In this document: positions 35,392-46,779 of the stretch, one piece after another
Position numbering within the stretch: position 1 is the first letter of the stretch
How the letters are laid out: every line of letters starts with the position of its first letter
NCBI GenBank assembly: GCA_963843845.1
Contig: CAWJMB010000002.1
Span: forward strand, 1,408,001-1,472,000
Origin: an uncultured Gemmatimonadaceae bacterium
GTDB lineage: Bacteria > Gemmatimonadota > Gemmatimonadetes > Gemmatimonadales > Gemmatimonadaceae
Reading direction: 5' to 3'
Length of the DNA: 64,000 nucleotides
The notes under the pieces: model-generated
What the model was told of the DNA's origin: nothing
Databases searched by the model: none
What the model saw: the letters and a program-made list of their open reading frames with translations, nothing else
Position numbers and translations under genes: made by a program

Positions 35392-38323
35392 ATGACGACG
35401 ATACAGCCGACCGCCACGCCCATCGCGACCGATACCTTCGTTCGCCGCCACATCGGCCCCGACGCCCCCGAGCAGCAGGCGATGCTCGCGGCGCTCGGCT
35501 ACGACTCGCTCGACGCGTTCATCGACGCGGTCGTGCCAGAGCGGATCCGGCTGCGGCAGCCGCTCTCGATCGGGCCGGCGCGCACGGAGCACGACGTGCT
35601 CGACGAGATCCGCGGCCTGTCGAAGCGCAACCAGATCTGGCGCTCGTTCATCGGCATGGGCTACTCGGCGACGCTCACCCCGCCGGTGATCCAGCGCAAC
35701 GTGCTCGAGAATCCGGGCTGGTACACGGCCTACACGCCCTATCAGGCGGAGATCGCGCAGGGGCGGCTGGAAGCGCTGCTGAACTTCCAGACGATGGTGG
35801 GCGACCTGACCGGACTGCCGATCGCCAACGCGTCGCTGCTCGACGAGGGGACGGCGGCGGCCGAGGCGATGGCGATGAGCTACGCGCTGCGCGGCAAGCC
35901 GGGCAAGGAAGACGTATCTTCATCGCGAGCGACTGCCACCCGCAGACGATCGCCGTGGTGCGGACGCGCGCCGAGGCGCGCGGCGTCGCCGTGGTCGTCG
36001 GCGACGCGCGGACGTACGAGTTCGGCGCCGAACGTGTTCGGCGCGCTGATCCAGTATCCGGCGACCGACGGCGCGCGTCGCCGACTATCGCGAGTTCTGC
36101 GAGCGCGCGCACGCAGCGGGCGCGCTCGTGACCGCGGCGACCGACCTGCTGGCGCTGACGCTGCTCACGCCGCCGGGCGAGTGGGGCGCCGACATCGCGG
36201 TCGGCAACTCGCAGCGCTTCGGCGTGCCGTTGGGCTACGGCGGCCCGCACGCGGCGTTCTTCGCGACGCAGGACGAGTTCAAGCGCCAGATCCCGGGCCG
36301 CATCATCGGCGTGTCGCGCGACGCGGACGGCAAGGCCGGCGCTGCGCATGGCGCTGCAGACGCGCGAGCAGCACATCCGTCGCGAGAAGGCGACGAGCAA
36401 CGTCTGCACGGCGCAGGTGCTGCTCGCGGTCATCGCCGGGATGTACGCCGTGTGGCACGGGCCCGGAGGGGCTCGTGCGCATCGCCGAGCGCGTGCACGG
36501 CCACGCGGCGCGCCTCGCCGCCGCGCTCGAGCGGCTCGGGCTGCACGTGCGCCACGACGACTACTTCGACACGCTCGCCGTCGACGTCGGCGCGCACGGC
36601 GGTCGAGGACATCGTCGCCGCGGCGAGCGCGCGGCAGATCAACCTGCGCGTGCTCGAGCCGGGCGTGCTCTGCGTCGCGCTCGACGAGCGGACGAGCGCG
36701 GCGGACGTCGCGGATCTCGTCGCCGTGCTTCAACGGCGACGAAGCGCCCGCGTGCGGAGCTCGACGAGGTGTCGACCGACGCGCGCTACGACGAGCGCTT
36801 CAAGCGCACGAGCACGTTCCTCACGCACCCCGTCTTCAACACGCACCACTCCGAGACCGAGATGCTGCGCTACATGCGCACGCTCGAGAGCCGGGACCTG
36901 TCGCTGGTGCACTCGATGATCCCGCTCGGCTGCTGCACGATGAAGCTGAACGCGACGGCGGAGATGATCCCGGTCACGTGGCCGGAGTTCGGCGCAGATG
37001 CACCCGTTCGCGCCGGCGCGAGCAGGCCGCAGGGTACGCGCGAGCTGTTCCGCGGCTCGAGCACGACCTCGCCGAGATCACCGGGCTTCGCCGGCGGTGT
37101 CGCTGCAGCCGAACGCCGGCTCGCAGGGCGAGTACGCGGGGCTGCTCGTCATCCGCCGCTACCACGAGGCGCGCGGCGAGGGGCATCGCAACGTCTGCCT
37201 GATCCCGCAGAGCGCGCACGGCACGAACCCGGCGAGCGCGGTGATGGCCGGCATACAAGGTCGTCGTCGTCGGCACGGCCGCGAACGGCAACGTCGACCT
37301 CGACGACCTGAAGGCGAAGGCCGAGCGAGCACTCGGCGAACCTCGCGGCGCTCATGATCACGTATCCGTCGACGCACGGCGTGTTCGAGGAGGCCGTGCG
37401 CGACGTGTGCGAGATCGTGCACGAGCACGGCGGCCAGGTGTACATGGACGGCGCGAACATGAACGCGATGGTCGGCCTCGCGCGCCCGGGCGACATCGGC
37501 GCCGACGTCTGCCACCTGAACCTGCACAAGACGTTCTGCATCCCGCACGGCGGCGGCGGTCCGGGCATGGGTCCGATCGGCGTCGCGTCGCAGCTCGTGC
37601 CGTTCCTGCCCGGCCACCCGGTCGTGGCGTTGGCGCACGGGCGAGGCGATCGGCCCGATCTCCGCCGCCCCGTGGGGGTCGGCGAGCATCCTGCCGATCT
37701 CGTGGGCGTACATCAAGATGATGGGCGGCGAGGGGCTCACGGAGGCGACGAAGGTCGCGATCCTGAACGCGAACTACATCGCGAAGCGACTCGAAGGAGC
37801 GTTCCCGGTGCTCTACCGCGGCGCGAACGGGCTCGTCGCGCACGAGTGCATCGTCGACACGCGCGTGGTGAAGCCCGGGAGCGGCGTCGAGGTCGAGGAC
37901 ATCGCGAAGCGCCTCATGGACTACGGCTTCCACGCGCCGACGGTGTGCTTCCCGGTCGCCGGCACGCTGATGATCGAGCCGACCGAGAGCGAGCCGAAGC
38001 CCGAGATCGATCGCTTCTGCGACGCGATCATCGCGATCCGCGAGGAGATCCGCGAGATCGAGCTCGGGGTCGCGGACCGCGCGGACAACGTGCTGAAGAA
38101 CGCGCCGCACCCGATGACGCGTGTCGTCAGCGACACGTGGGAGCACGCCTACTCACGCGAGAAGGCGGCCTTCCCGGCGTCGTGGACGCGCGAGCGGAAG
38201 TTCTGGCCCGCGGTCGGGCGCATCGAGAGCGCCTACGGCGACCGCAACCTCGTCTGCGCGTGCGTGCCGACCGAGGCGTACACCGACGGGATGGCGGCGT
38301 CGCTGGCGCAGGAGACGGATTAA
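35392..38323 (+). CDS. gcvP: Glycine dehydrogenase, glycine cleavage P protein (multiple frameshifts 35900-37650)
   Basis: [48 protein letters not shown]-lysine motif [33 protein letters not shown]; spread over several frames. Confidence 0.93.
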
Positions 38324-39606
38324 GGGGCGGGGCTCGGGGCTCGGGGATCGGGCGGCGACGGTCGCCCGGATTCCCGATCCCCGATCGCCGAGCCCCGACC
38401 GGTCAGCAGCGCTCCGGCCCGATCGAGGATCGCCTCGGCGACCGCGGTCTTGGGCATCAGCGGCAACACGTCGGCGCCGTCCGCCGAGATCAGCGTCACG
38501 CGGTTCGTGTCGACGCGGAAGCCGGCGCCGGGCTCGGTCGCATCGTTCAGCACGATGAGATCGAGCCCTTTGCGCGCCAGCTTGGCGCGGGCGTGTGCGG
38601 CTCCGTCGTGCGTCTCGAGCGCGAAGCCGACGACGACGGCATCCGCACGGCGGAGCGCGCGCGTGCCGGCGAGGATGTCGCTCGTCGACTCGAGCGCGAT
38701 CGACGGCGCCGCGCCGCCGCGCTTCATCTTCTCCGCGGCGACGTGCGCCGGGCGGAAGTCGGCGGGCGCGGCGGCCATGACCAGCACGTCCGCGCTCGGC
38801 AGCGCGGCGGCGACGGCGTCGTGCATCTGCTGTGTCGTCTCGACGGGGACGTGCCGGACGCCGGTCGGCGGCGCGACTTCGAGCGGCCCGGCGATGAAGG
38901 TGACGTTCGCGCCGCGCCGCCACGCTGCCGCGGCGAGCGCGACGCCCATCCGCCCACTGCTGTGGTTCGAGATGAAGCGCACCGGGTCGAGCGGCTCGCG
39001 CGTCGGGCCGGCGGTGACGACGACGTTCGCGCCGTGGAGGGGGCCACGCGGCTCCAGCAACCGCCCGACGTGCGCGAGAATCGTCTCGGGCTCCGGCATC
39101 CGGCCGGGCCCGCTCCCTTCGCCGGCGGCGAGTGGCCCCGCGTCCGGGTCGAGCACGTGGTACCCGATCGACCGCGCGTGCTGCACGTTCCGACCCACCT
39201 GCGGGTGCGCCCACATCCGATCGTTCATCGCCGGCACGAGCAGCACCGGCGCCTCGGTCGCGAGCAGACACGCCGAGAGCAGGTCGTCGGCATGACCGTG
39301 GACGGCACGCGCGAGAAAATCCGCCGTGCACGGCGCGACGACCAATAGCTCCGCGGTGCGCGCCAGGCGGATGTGATCGAGCGCGCGACCGGGTCCGAGC
39401 AGCTCGACGTGCACCGCGCGCCCGGTCAGCGCCTCGAGCGTCACCGGTCCGACGAACTCCGTCGCGGCGCGCGTCATCACGACGTCGACCTCGGCGCCGC
39501 TCTGCGCGAGCAGTCGGGCGAGCCACGCCGCCTTGTAGCTCGCGATGCCGCCCGTGATGCCGAGGAGGACGCGGCGTCCGTCGCCTGCCGTGGAACGTCG
39601 AGTCAT
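38320..39606 (-). CDS. coaBC: Bifunctional phosphopantothenoylcysteine decarboxylase/ligase
   Basis: [57 protein letters not shown]. Confidence 0.95.
   Translation of the reverse strand: MTRRSTAGDGRRVLLGITGGIASYKAAWLARLLAQSGAEVDVVMTRAATEFVGPVTLEALTGRAVHVELLGPGRALDHIRLARTAELLVVAPCTADFLARAVHGHADDLLSACLLATEAPVLLVPAMNDRMWAHPQVGRNVQHARSIGYHVLDPDAGPLAAGEGSGPGRMPEPETILAHVGRLLEPRGPLHGANVVVTAGPTREPLDPVRFISNHSSGRMGVALAAAAWRRGANVTFIAGPLEVAPPTGVRHVPVETTQQMHDAVAAALPSADVLVMAAAPADFRPAHVAAEKMKRGGAAPSIALESTSDILAGTRALRRADAVVVGFALETHDGAAHARAKLARKGLDLIVLNDATEPGAGFRVDTNRVTLISADGADVLPLMPKTAVAEAILDRAGALLTGRGSAIGDRESGRPSPPDPRAPSPAP
38324..38400. repeat. GGGG(A/C)TC heptamer repeats arranged as an inverted-repeat hairpin
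   Basis: GGGGCTCGGGGCTCGGGGATCGGG ... CCCGATCCCCGATCGCCGAGCCCCG at the convergent gcvP/coaBC junction. Confidence 0.7.
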
Positions 39607-39678
39607 GGTGCCGGTGCTGGTCCGTGTCGACGGCGCCGCATCGCCTCCGCCGTCGAGAGCGCCCGCGCCGGTCCGCGC

Positions 39679-40062
39679 TTACCGGCCGACGAGTCCCTCG
39701 TACTCGTCCGCGCTCAACAGCCCGGCGGGCTCCCCGTCGAGCCGGATCTTCACCATCCACCCGTCGCCGTACGGATCGCCGTTGACGAGCGCCGGCTCTC
39801 CGTCGAGCCGTCCGTTGACCTCGACCACCTCGCCGGCGACGGGCGAGAACAGCTCGGAGACCGCCTTCACGGCTTCGATCGTGCCGAACACCTCGTGCGC
39901 GGCGAGCGTCCGCCCGACCTGCGGCAGCTCGACGTAGACCACGTCGCCGAGCTCGCCCTGCGCGTAGTCGGTGATCCCGACGACGACGACGTTCGCGTCG
40001 TCCGACGGCCGCACGTACTCGTGATCCTTCGTGTACTGCAAGTCCGGCCGAATGTCCGACAC
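39679..40062 (-). CDS. gcvH: Glycine cleavage system H protein
   Basis: YTKDHEY, GITDYAQGELGDVVYVELP, EAVKAVSE (lipoyl-Lys), NGDPYGDGW. Confidence 0.96.
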   Translation of the reverse strand: MSDIRPDLQYTKDHEYVRPSDDANVVVVGITDYAQGELGDVVYVELPQVGRTLAAHEVFGTIEAVKAVSELFSPVAGEVVEVNGRLDGEPALVNGDPYGDGWMVKIRLDGEPAGLLSADEYEGLVGR

Positions 40063-40130
40063 GGCGCGCTCCGCGACTGAGTGAGGGCTGCTACGATCGG
40101 GCGAGAGTCTAGGCGTCGCGCGGAGTGAGT

Positions 40131-40739
40131 TCAAGCTGACGCGGCGCGCGCGACGATCACGCGCCACACGTCGTCGACGCGCGCCTCGAGCGCCTCGCGC
40201 GAGCCGACGTTCTCGATCACATGATCGGCGCGCGCGCGCTTCAACTCGGCCGGCATCTGCGCCACCATCACCGCCATCGCCTCGTCGGGCGTCAGGCCGC
40301 GATCGCGGACGATCCGCTCGAGGCGCAGCTCGCGCGGCGCGTCGACGAGCACGATGACGTCGAACATGTCGGCGAGGTTGCGCTCGAACAGCAGCGGCGC
40401 GTCGCACACGACCACGCGGTCGCCCCGCTCGCGCGCCGCACGCAGCGCCTCGTCGCGCAGCCGCGCGACCTCGGGGTGCACGATCGCGTTGAGCGCCTCG
40501 AGCTCGGCCGGGTCGTCGAACACGAGGCGTCGCAGCGCCGCGCGATCGAGCGCGCCGTCCGACGCGACGACCTCCGCCCCCCACCGCGCGGCGATCTGGT
40601 CGTGCGCCGCGCTGCCGACCGCGACCGCGGCGCGCGCGAGCACGTCGGCGTCGATCAGCGTCGCGCCGCGCGCCGTGAACATCGACGCGACGGTCGATTT
40701 GCCGCTGGCGATGTTGCCGGTGAGGCCGACGAGGAGCAT
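40131..40739 (-). CDS. coaE: Dephospho-CoA kinase
   Basis: VGLTGNIASGKSTV, IDAD, LDRAAL, IVHP, DAPLLFE. Confidence 0.95.
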   Translation of the reverse strand: MLLVGLTGNIASGKSTVASMFTARGATLIDADVLARAAVAVGSAAHDQIAARWGAEVVASDGALDRAALRRLVFDDPAELEALNAIVHPEVARLRDEALRAARERGDRVVVCDAPLLFERNLADMFDVIVLVDAPRELRLERIVRDRGLTPDEAMAVMVAQMPAELKRARADHVIENVGSREALEARVDDVWRVIVARAASA

Positions 40740-40805
40740 GAGCGCGGGGCGAGAGCGTGCGACGGCAGTCGAGCGCGCCCGACGGCGGTGGCGAGCGGCG
40801 GCGCG

Positions 40806-41616
40806 TCAGGCATCCGCGTCGGCCTCCAAAGTATGGCCGGCGTCGATCGCGTCAACCCGGCTCGCGCGCCGCTCGAGCAATCGCGTCACGACCCACGCGG
40901 CGCCGCCGCGGTCGCGCATCTCCAGCGGCGTCACGCCGAGGTACCGCCGTACCACGTTCCGGAACGCGCTCGGCGACGGATAGTCGAGGGCGCGAGCGAC
41001 GCTGTCGGCGCTGCGGTCGGCGCGCTCGAGCAGCCGCGCCGCGACGACGAGCCGCCCCCAGGAGAGCAGATGATGCGGCGGCGGGAGCGCCGCGGCGGCG
41101 AGCCGTCGCGTGAGCGCGCGCCGCGACGACGCGACGAGCCGCGCGAGCGCGTCGGGCGTCAGGCGCTCGTGCGCGCGCGTGATCGACGAGGAGCACCGCG
41201 TCGCGAACGAGGGGCCGCGCGCCGGCCAGCGCGTCGCCGACGAGCGTCGCCGTGTTGCGCCCGGTCGCGCGGTCGAGGATCGCCGCGAGCGCCGCCGGCC
41301 CGTCGTCCTCGCCGGCGACGACGAAGGCTTCCAGGCCGCAGCGTCCGGCGTCGAACGCGTCGCGCGGACGGACGCGCGACGCCTCGACGTACGCGACCAT
41401 CGGTGCCCGCGGGGCCCGTGCCCGGAGCTGCCGCACGCGCTCGAAATCGGGGACCCCGTCGGCATAGAGGTCGAACACGACGGCGTCGGCATCGTCGCGG
41501 TCGCACGCCGCCGTCAGCTCGCTCCACGACCCGAAGGCGTGGACGCGCTGCGCGTCGCGCGCCGCGGCGCGGAGTCGCTGAAGGCGCATGTCGGCCGGCA
41601 GCAGAGTGAGGATCAC
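40806..41616 (-). CDS. AraC-family regulator with a receiver-like N-terminal domain (frameshift near 41185)
   Basis: N-terminal DAVVFDLY...APMVAY in one frame; HTH region LARLVASSRRALTRRL...VARALDYPSPSAFRNVVRRYLGVTP in the next. Confidence 0.8.
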
Positions 41617-41828
41617 GCGTCGAGGAGCCGAGACTACGAAGTCGGAGGTGCGCCGCCGGAGGTCCGTCGCAGAGACGCGTCGCCGCACGCCGTCGTCACG
41701 CTCCCGGCCACGATCGTCACGTCGAACGCCCGCGGGCCGAGGGCGTGACGAGTGGCGACACGCGACTCCCCCACCGTACGGCCGAGACATCCTCTCGGAC
41801 ACGCCCTTCCTCGCCTCACTGCCGCTGC

Positions 41829-42443
41829 ATGTCCGACTGCCGTCCTCGCTGCCTCCGCCGTCATTCCCCGTCCCCCGCCGGCCGCCGCGGTCTCACGCTC
41901 CCCGAGCTGATGATCGCGCTCGCGCTCGTGGGGATCGCCGCCGGCGTCGCCGTGCCGCGACTCGGCTGGGCGCGGTGGGAGGCGGACGCGGCGGCGCGGC
42001 AGCTTCGCTACACGCTGCAGACGGCGCAGCGGCTCGCCGTCACGCAGCAGTCGACGGTGATCGTCGGAGTCGACTCGTCGCAGTGGCGGGTGCGCGTCCT
42101 CGAGGATCTGAACGGCAACCTGACGAAAGACGGAGCCGAGCGCGTGACGTGGATGAAGCTCGACGGCACGGCGCGCTTCGTCGCCCCGCCGACGCCGATC
42201 CCGGGGCGGGCGGCGGGCGGCGCACTCGTGAACGTCGGTCCCGAGACGGTCGACGGCTTCCCGAGCCTCGTCTTTCGCCGCGACGGTTCGGCGAGCGCGA
42301 CGGCGGTGCTCTACGTCCGCTCGCAGCACGGTGCGGACGTCGAGTTCCGCGGCATCGAGATCACGCAATCGACGGGACGCGTCGCGTGGTGGCGGTCGAC
42401 GCAGACGGGCGCGTCGCTTTCATGGATCCGGGGAACGCTATGA
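41829..42443 (+). CDS. Type IV minor pilin / pseudopilin (FimT/GspH-like)
   Basis: Class III signal RRG|LTLPELMIALALVGI; LQTAQRLAV; FRRDGSA. Confidence 0.88.
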   Translation: MSDCRPRCLRRHSPSPAGRRGLTLPELMIALALVGIAAGVAVPRLGWARWEADAAARQLRYTLQTAQRLAVTQQSTVIVGVDSSQWRVRVLEDLNGNLTKDGAERVTWMKLDGTARFVAPPTPIPGRAAGGALVNVGPETVDGFPSLVFRRDGSASATAVLYVRSQHGADVEFRGIEITQSTGRVAWWRSTQTGASLSWIRGTL

Positions 42444-42868
42444 CGGGACGACAGGTGATGCGGCGAACGACGACGCCGCGGCGCGCCGCTCACGGGGCGC
42501 ACGGGCGGCGTGGCTTCTCGCTCGTCGAGGTCATCATCGCGATCGGCTTTCTCGCCACCGTGGCGCTCGGCTTCGCGACCTTCTCGCAGCGGATGGCGCG
42601 CGCGAGCTCGGTGGCGACGCAGCGGTCGACGGCGAGCGACCTCGCGGTCGAGCGCCTGGAGACGGTGCGCGGCGCGACGACCTACGCCTCGGTCGACGGC
42701 TACGCGTCGACCGAGGCGACGGTGAGCGGCTATACCGCCTACAAACGTCGGACGTACGTGCAGTCGACGGCGACGGCGACGGCGAACCACAAGACGGTGA
42801 CCGTCGTCGTGACGCACATCGCGCTGCAGGACTCGGTCGTGAAGACGACCGTCATCGCGGCGTTCTGA
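42440..42868 (+). CDS. Type IV minor pilin (PilV-like)
   Basis: RRG|FSLVEVIIAIGFL; ASDLAVERLETVR; KTVTVVV. Confidence 0.88.
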   Translation: MTGRQVMRRTTTPRRAAHGAHGRRGFSLVEVIIAIGFLATVALGFATFSQRMARASSVATQRSTASDLAVERLETVRGATTYASVDGYASTEATVSGYTAYKRRTYVQSTATATANHKTVTVVVTHIALQDSVVKTTVIAAF

Positions 42869-42870
42869 CG

Positions 42871-44085
42871 ATGCGACCCCACCGCCCATCGCTCCGCGCC
42901 GGCTTCACGATCGCCGAGCTGCTCGTCGCCGCCGTCATCACGGCCGTCGTGTTCGCGATCGCGCTGCCGCTGTTGGGCAGCCAGTCGCGCGCCGTGGCCG
43001 CGACGGCCGGCCGCGTCGACGCGCTGCAGAACGCGCGGTACGCGCAGAACGCCGTGGACCGCGAGCTGCGGATGGTCGGCGTGAACACGTTGACCGGGCA
43101 GCCGATGGTCGTGCAGGCCGGTCCGTACGTGGTGACGTTCAACGCGGACCTCGTCACGCGCGACGAAGACGACGTCTGGTCGATCTACTACGATCCCGAC
43201 GCCGACTCGACCACGACGCTCGCGATGCAGCCGCCGGCCGTGGCGCTCCCCGTCACCGGCTTCTCGTACCCCAGCGTCGCCGCGCTCGACCGCTCCGGCC
43301 TCCCCGGCCGCGCCGAGACGGTGTCGTACTGGGTGAGCGCCGACTCGACGAGCCCGCGGCCCGACGAGTACGTGCTGTTCCGCCGCGTGAACAAGGCGGC
43401 CGCGGTCGCCGTCGTGACCGGGCTGTACATCGCACCGGGGCAGCCGTTCTTCCGCTACCTCTGGGCGCGCGACTCGACCGGCGTCATCGACACGGTGCCG
43501 GCGGCGAAGCTGCCGCTGCGACACACCGTCGGGGTGCACGGCTCGGTCGCCGACACGGGCGAGACGGCGACGCTCGCGGCCGGCGTCGATCGCATCCGCG
43601 CGATCATCGTGCAGGCGTCCGGGCAGTACCGCGACGCGCGACCTGGCGCGCCGCTCGTCCGCCGCGCCACGCGCACGCAGACGACGCTCATCAACATGAC
43701 GATGCTGAACCGTCCGTCGTGCGGTCTCGCGCCGGACCCGGTCGCGGCGACGGCCGCCCTCGTCCTCGTCAACGGCCAGCCGAGCCACGTCCGCATCTCG
43801 TGGACGAAGGCGAGCGACGACGGCGCGGGCGAGCGCGACATCGAGCGCTACCTCATCTACCGCGCGGTGAACGGCGCGGCGTACGGCGAGCCGCTCGAGG
43901 AGCTCCCGTCGGTGAACGGGGCCGTCGCGACCTACTACTGGGACGATCAGGACGTGAAGCGCCCGCCGACCGCGTCGAACCCGATCTCGAACACGTTCGC
44001 GTACGCGATCGTCGTGCAGGACTGTCAGCCGAGTCTCTCCACCCCCGCGACGACGAGCACGCTCGTCGTGCCAGTGATCCCATGA
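42871..44085 (+). CDS. Type IV minor pilin (PilW-like) with a C-terminal FN3-like domain
   Basis: RAG|FTIAELLVAAVI; QNARYAQNAVDRELRMVG; C-terminal VRISWTKASDDG...YLIYRA...YYWDD...YAIVVQD. Confidence 0.85.
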   Translation: MRPHRPSLRAGFTIAELLVAAVITAVVFAIALPLLGSQSRAVAATAGRVDALQNARYAQNAVDRELRMVGVNTLTGQPMVVQAGPYVVTFNADLVTRDEDDVWSIYYDPDADSTTTLAMQPPAVALPVTGFSYPSVAALDRSGLPGRAETVSYWVSADSTSPRPDEYVLFRRVNKAAAVAVVTGLYIAPGQPFFRYLWARDSTGVIDTVPAAKLPLRHTVGVHGSVADTGETATLAAGVDRIRAIIVQASGQYRDARPGAPLVRRATRTQTTLINMTMLNRPSCGLAPDPVAATAALVLVNGQPSHVRISWTKASDDGAGERDIERYLIYRAVNGAAYGEPLEELPSVNGAVATYYWDDQDVKRPPTASNPISNTFAYAIVVQDCQPSLSTPATTSTLVVPVIP

Positions 44086-46145
44086 CGCCTCTGTCGCCGA
44101 CCGACGCACGCCTCGTCCGCATCGCGGGCCGCCCGCCCGCGCGCCGCCGGCCCGCGCGCCGCGACCTCCGCCGCGGCGCCGCACTGCTGCTGACGCTGTT
44201 CATGACGGTGTGTCTCGGCGCCGTCGCCGTGTCGGCGATGATGCTCTCGTCGAGCTCGAACCTCGTCACGAAGTACTACGACCGCGAGCGCGACTTCCGC
44301 TACGCGGCGGAGGCGGGGCTCGCGTTAGGCAGGAGCCGACTCGTCAAGGACACGTCGATCCGCCTTCCCGACACCGGCTACGTGAAGCTGCTCGACTCCG
44401 CGACGGTGACCGACGCGCGCGGCGCGGCGCTCCCGCGCACGCGCGTCACGGTGTACGCCGGGCGCTCGGGCAACGTGACCGGACAGTTCGGCGACTTCGT
44501 CACGCTGATCGCGAAGGCGGACGACGGCGGCAGCACACGCTACGTGCGCCGCCTCGAGCTCGTCGGCGAGAACTTCGCGCGCTTCGCGATGTTCACGAAC
44601 ACGTGGCAGGCCGGGCTCTGCTACAGCACCGGCGAGTTCATTCGCGGCATCGGGTGGAGCAACCAGCAGTGGGAGTCGTGCGGCACGCCGACCTACTTCG
44701 ACACGATCGGCGCCGTGACGACGATCACCGGCGGGACACCGGTCGTGGAAGAAGGGGGCGGGGAGCATCCGACGCGGAATCAGAGCCCGATCCCGCTGCC
44801 GACCGTGTCGCGCCTCGCGAACCTGCCGACGTATGCGGCGGCGGCGAACCTCAGCTTCACGCCGACCGCGGGGCGGCTGCTCCGCATGGAGTTCGTCGCG
44901 CTCGACGTGGACGCGAACGGCGACTCGACGGGGGTCGGCGAAGGCTTTCTCCGCGTCTATCGTGCGAACGCCGCCGCGAACGCGGCGAACGCGGTCTGCG
45001 GCTGCCGACATGGGACGTGACCGGCACGACGAAGCCCCCGTCGTGGCGCCGACAGCACCTGCGGCGACTTTCACTACGGCAAGTTCTACCCGATCGTCAC
45101 GCACAAGGCGCAGTGGTTCCGCGACACCGTCGGCCTGCGCGTCAGCGGCGTGTACACGCGCGCGCTTCCGACCGACACCGGGCGTGCGGTCAACCAGCCG
45201 GCCGCCGCCGCCGACACCGCGACCGACGCCGAGCGTGACCGCGTCCTCGGGAGCGTGACGGCGCGCTGCTTCCCCGCGGGCTCTCCCCAACTCGCGCCGG
45301 TGGAGCGCGTCACGACGAACCGCAACAACGGCGGCGTGCGCCAACTGGGCCGCTGCCGACGCTGCAGAAGGGAGGCGACGACACGACGTTCACCGCCACG
45401 GGCCGCTGGGGCGCGTGGGACGCGTGGCCCGACACGACGGCGACGCTCGTCCGCACCTCGACGCACACGCGCACCATGGCGAAGTGGCTGTACCCGCTCA
45501 GCAAGCAGTACAATCGCAACTACAAGGGCGTCGTCTACGTGAACGGCAACGTGCTGCGTGAGCGGCCTGATGCGCACGCGCGTCACGCTCTATTCGGCCG
45601 GCAAGGTCACGTTCGTCGACGATCTCGACGTACGTCGCCGCGCCGAACGCACCGGGGCAGGACTGCTTCGCCGCGAACGCGAACATGCTCGGCATCATCG
45701 CCGTCGACAGCATCATGGTCGACCAGAACGTGATGCACCGCCCGCAGCGCGCGACGCGCGTCGCGACGACGGTGAAGTTCCTGAACGGCACGGGGAAGGA
45801 CTTCCGCCTGCACGGCGTCACGATGTCGCTCGCGCGAACCGTCGGCGTGTACGGCTTCGACACAGGGCCCGTCGATCGCGCCGACGACCGACTGCCTCGG
45901 CGCGTCGTTCTCCGGCGGGTGCATCGCGCAGGTCGGCGGCGTCATCGAACAGGCGATCAGCGCGACGTTCGCCGGGCGCGAACACCGGATTCGCCGAGAA
46001 CCGGCAGGTCGATCAGTGCATGACCATGACGTCGCCGCCGTACTTCCCGACCACCGGCCGCTACTTCAACAACCGCTACTACGAGTTCGATCCGCAGCGG
46101 TTCAACGCCGCGGCGATGTTCCAGTCGTTGCAGTCAGGGACGTGA
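44082..46145 (+). CDS. Large PilX-like minor pilin (several frameshifts 45000-45990)
   Basis: RRG|AALLLTLFM without Glu5 (PilX/GspK-type), RYAAEAGL. Protein-like text continues across frames to SPPYFPTTGRY...QSGT*. Confidence 0.75.
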
Positions 46146-46162
46146 CGACGCGTCCCGGCAGA

Positions 46163-46773
46163 TCAGATCAGCCGCTCCTGCAGATCCGCCGCCTTCAGCA
46201 CCTGGTGACACGCGCGGCACCGTGCCTCGTACGCGTCGGCCGCACCGACCATGATCGTCGGTGAGTCGTAGGGCGCGGGGCGCCCTTCGATGAGCCGCTG
46301 GTTGCGGCTCGCCGGCGCCCCGCACAGCACGCAGATCGCGTGCAGCTTGTCACCGACTCGGCCACCGCCATGAGCTGCGGCATCGCGCCGAACGGCTCGC
46401 CGCGGAAGTCCGTGTCCGTACCGGCGAGGATCACCCGCCGCCCGCGCTCGGCGAGGGACGTCGCGACGCGCACGATGCCGGCGTCGAGGAACTGCGCCTC
46501 GTCGACGGCGACGACCTGCGCCATCGGGTCGAGACGCAGCAGGAGCTGATCCGACGAGTCCACCGGGACCGCGTCGACCGTGCGCTGATCGTGACTCGAG
46601 ACGGCGTAGACACCCGCGTAGCGCGCGTCGAGATGCGACTTGAACACCTGCACGCGCTTCCGCGCGATGATCGCGCGCCGCACGCGACGGATCAGCTCCT
46701 CGCTCTTGCCGCTGAACATCACGCCGGCGACGACCTCGATCCACCCGCCGGAGCTCTGAAAGCCGTCGCTCAC
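46163..46773 (-). CDS. tdk: Thymidine kinase (frameshift near 46350)
   Basis: [47 protein letters not shown]. Confidence 0.93.
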
Positions 46774-46779
46774 GACGCG

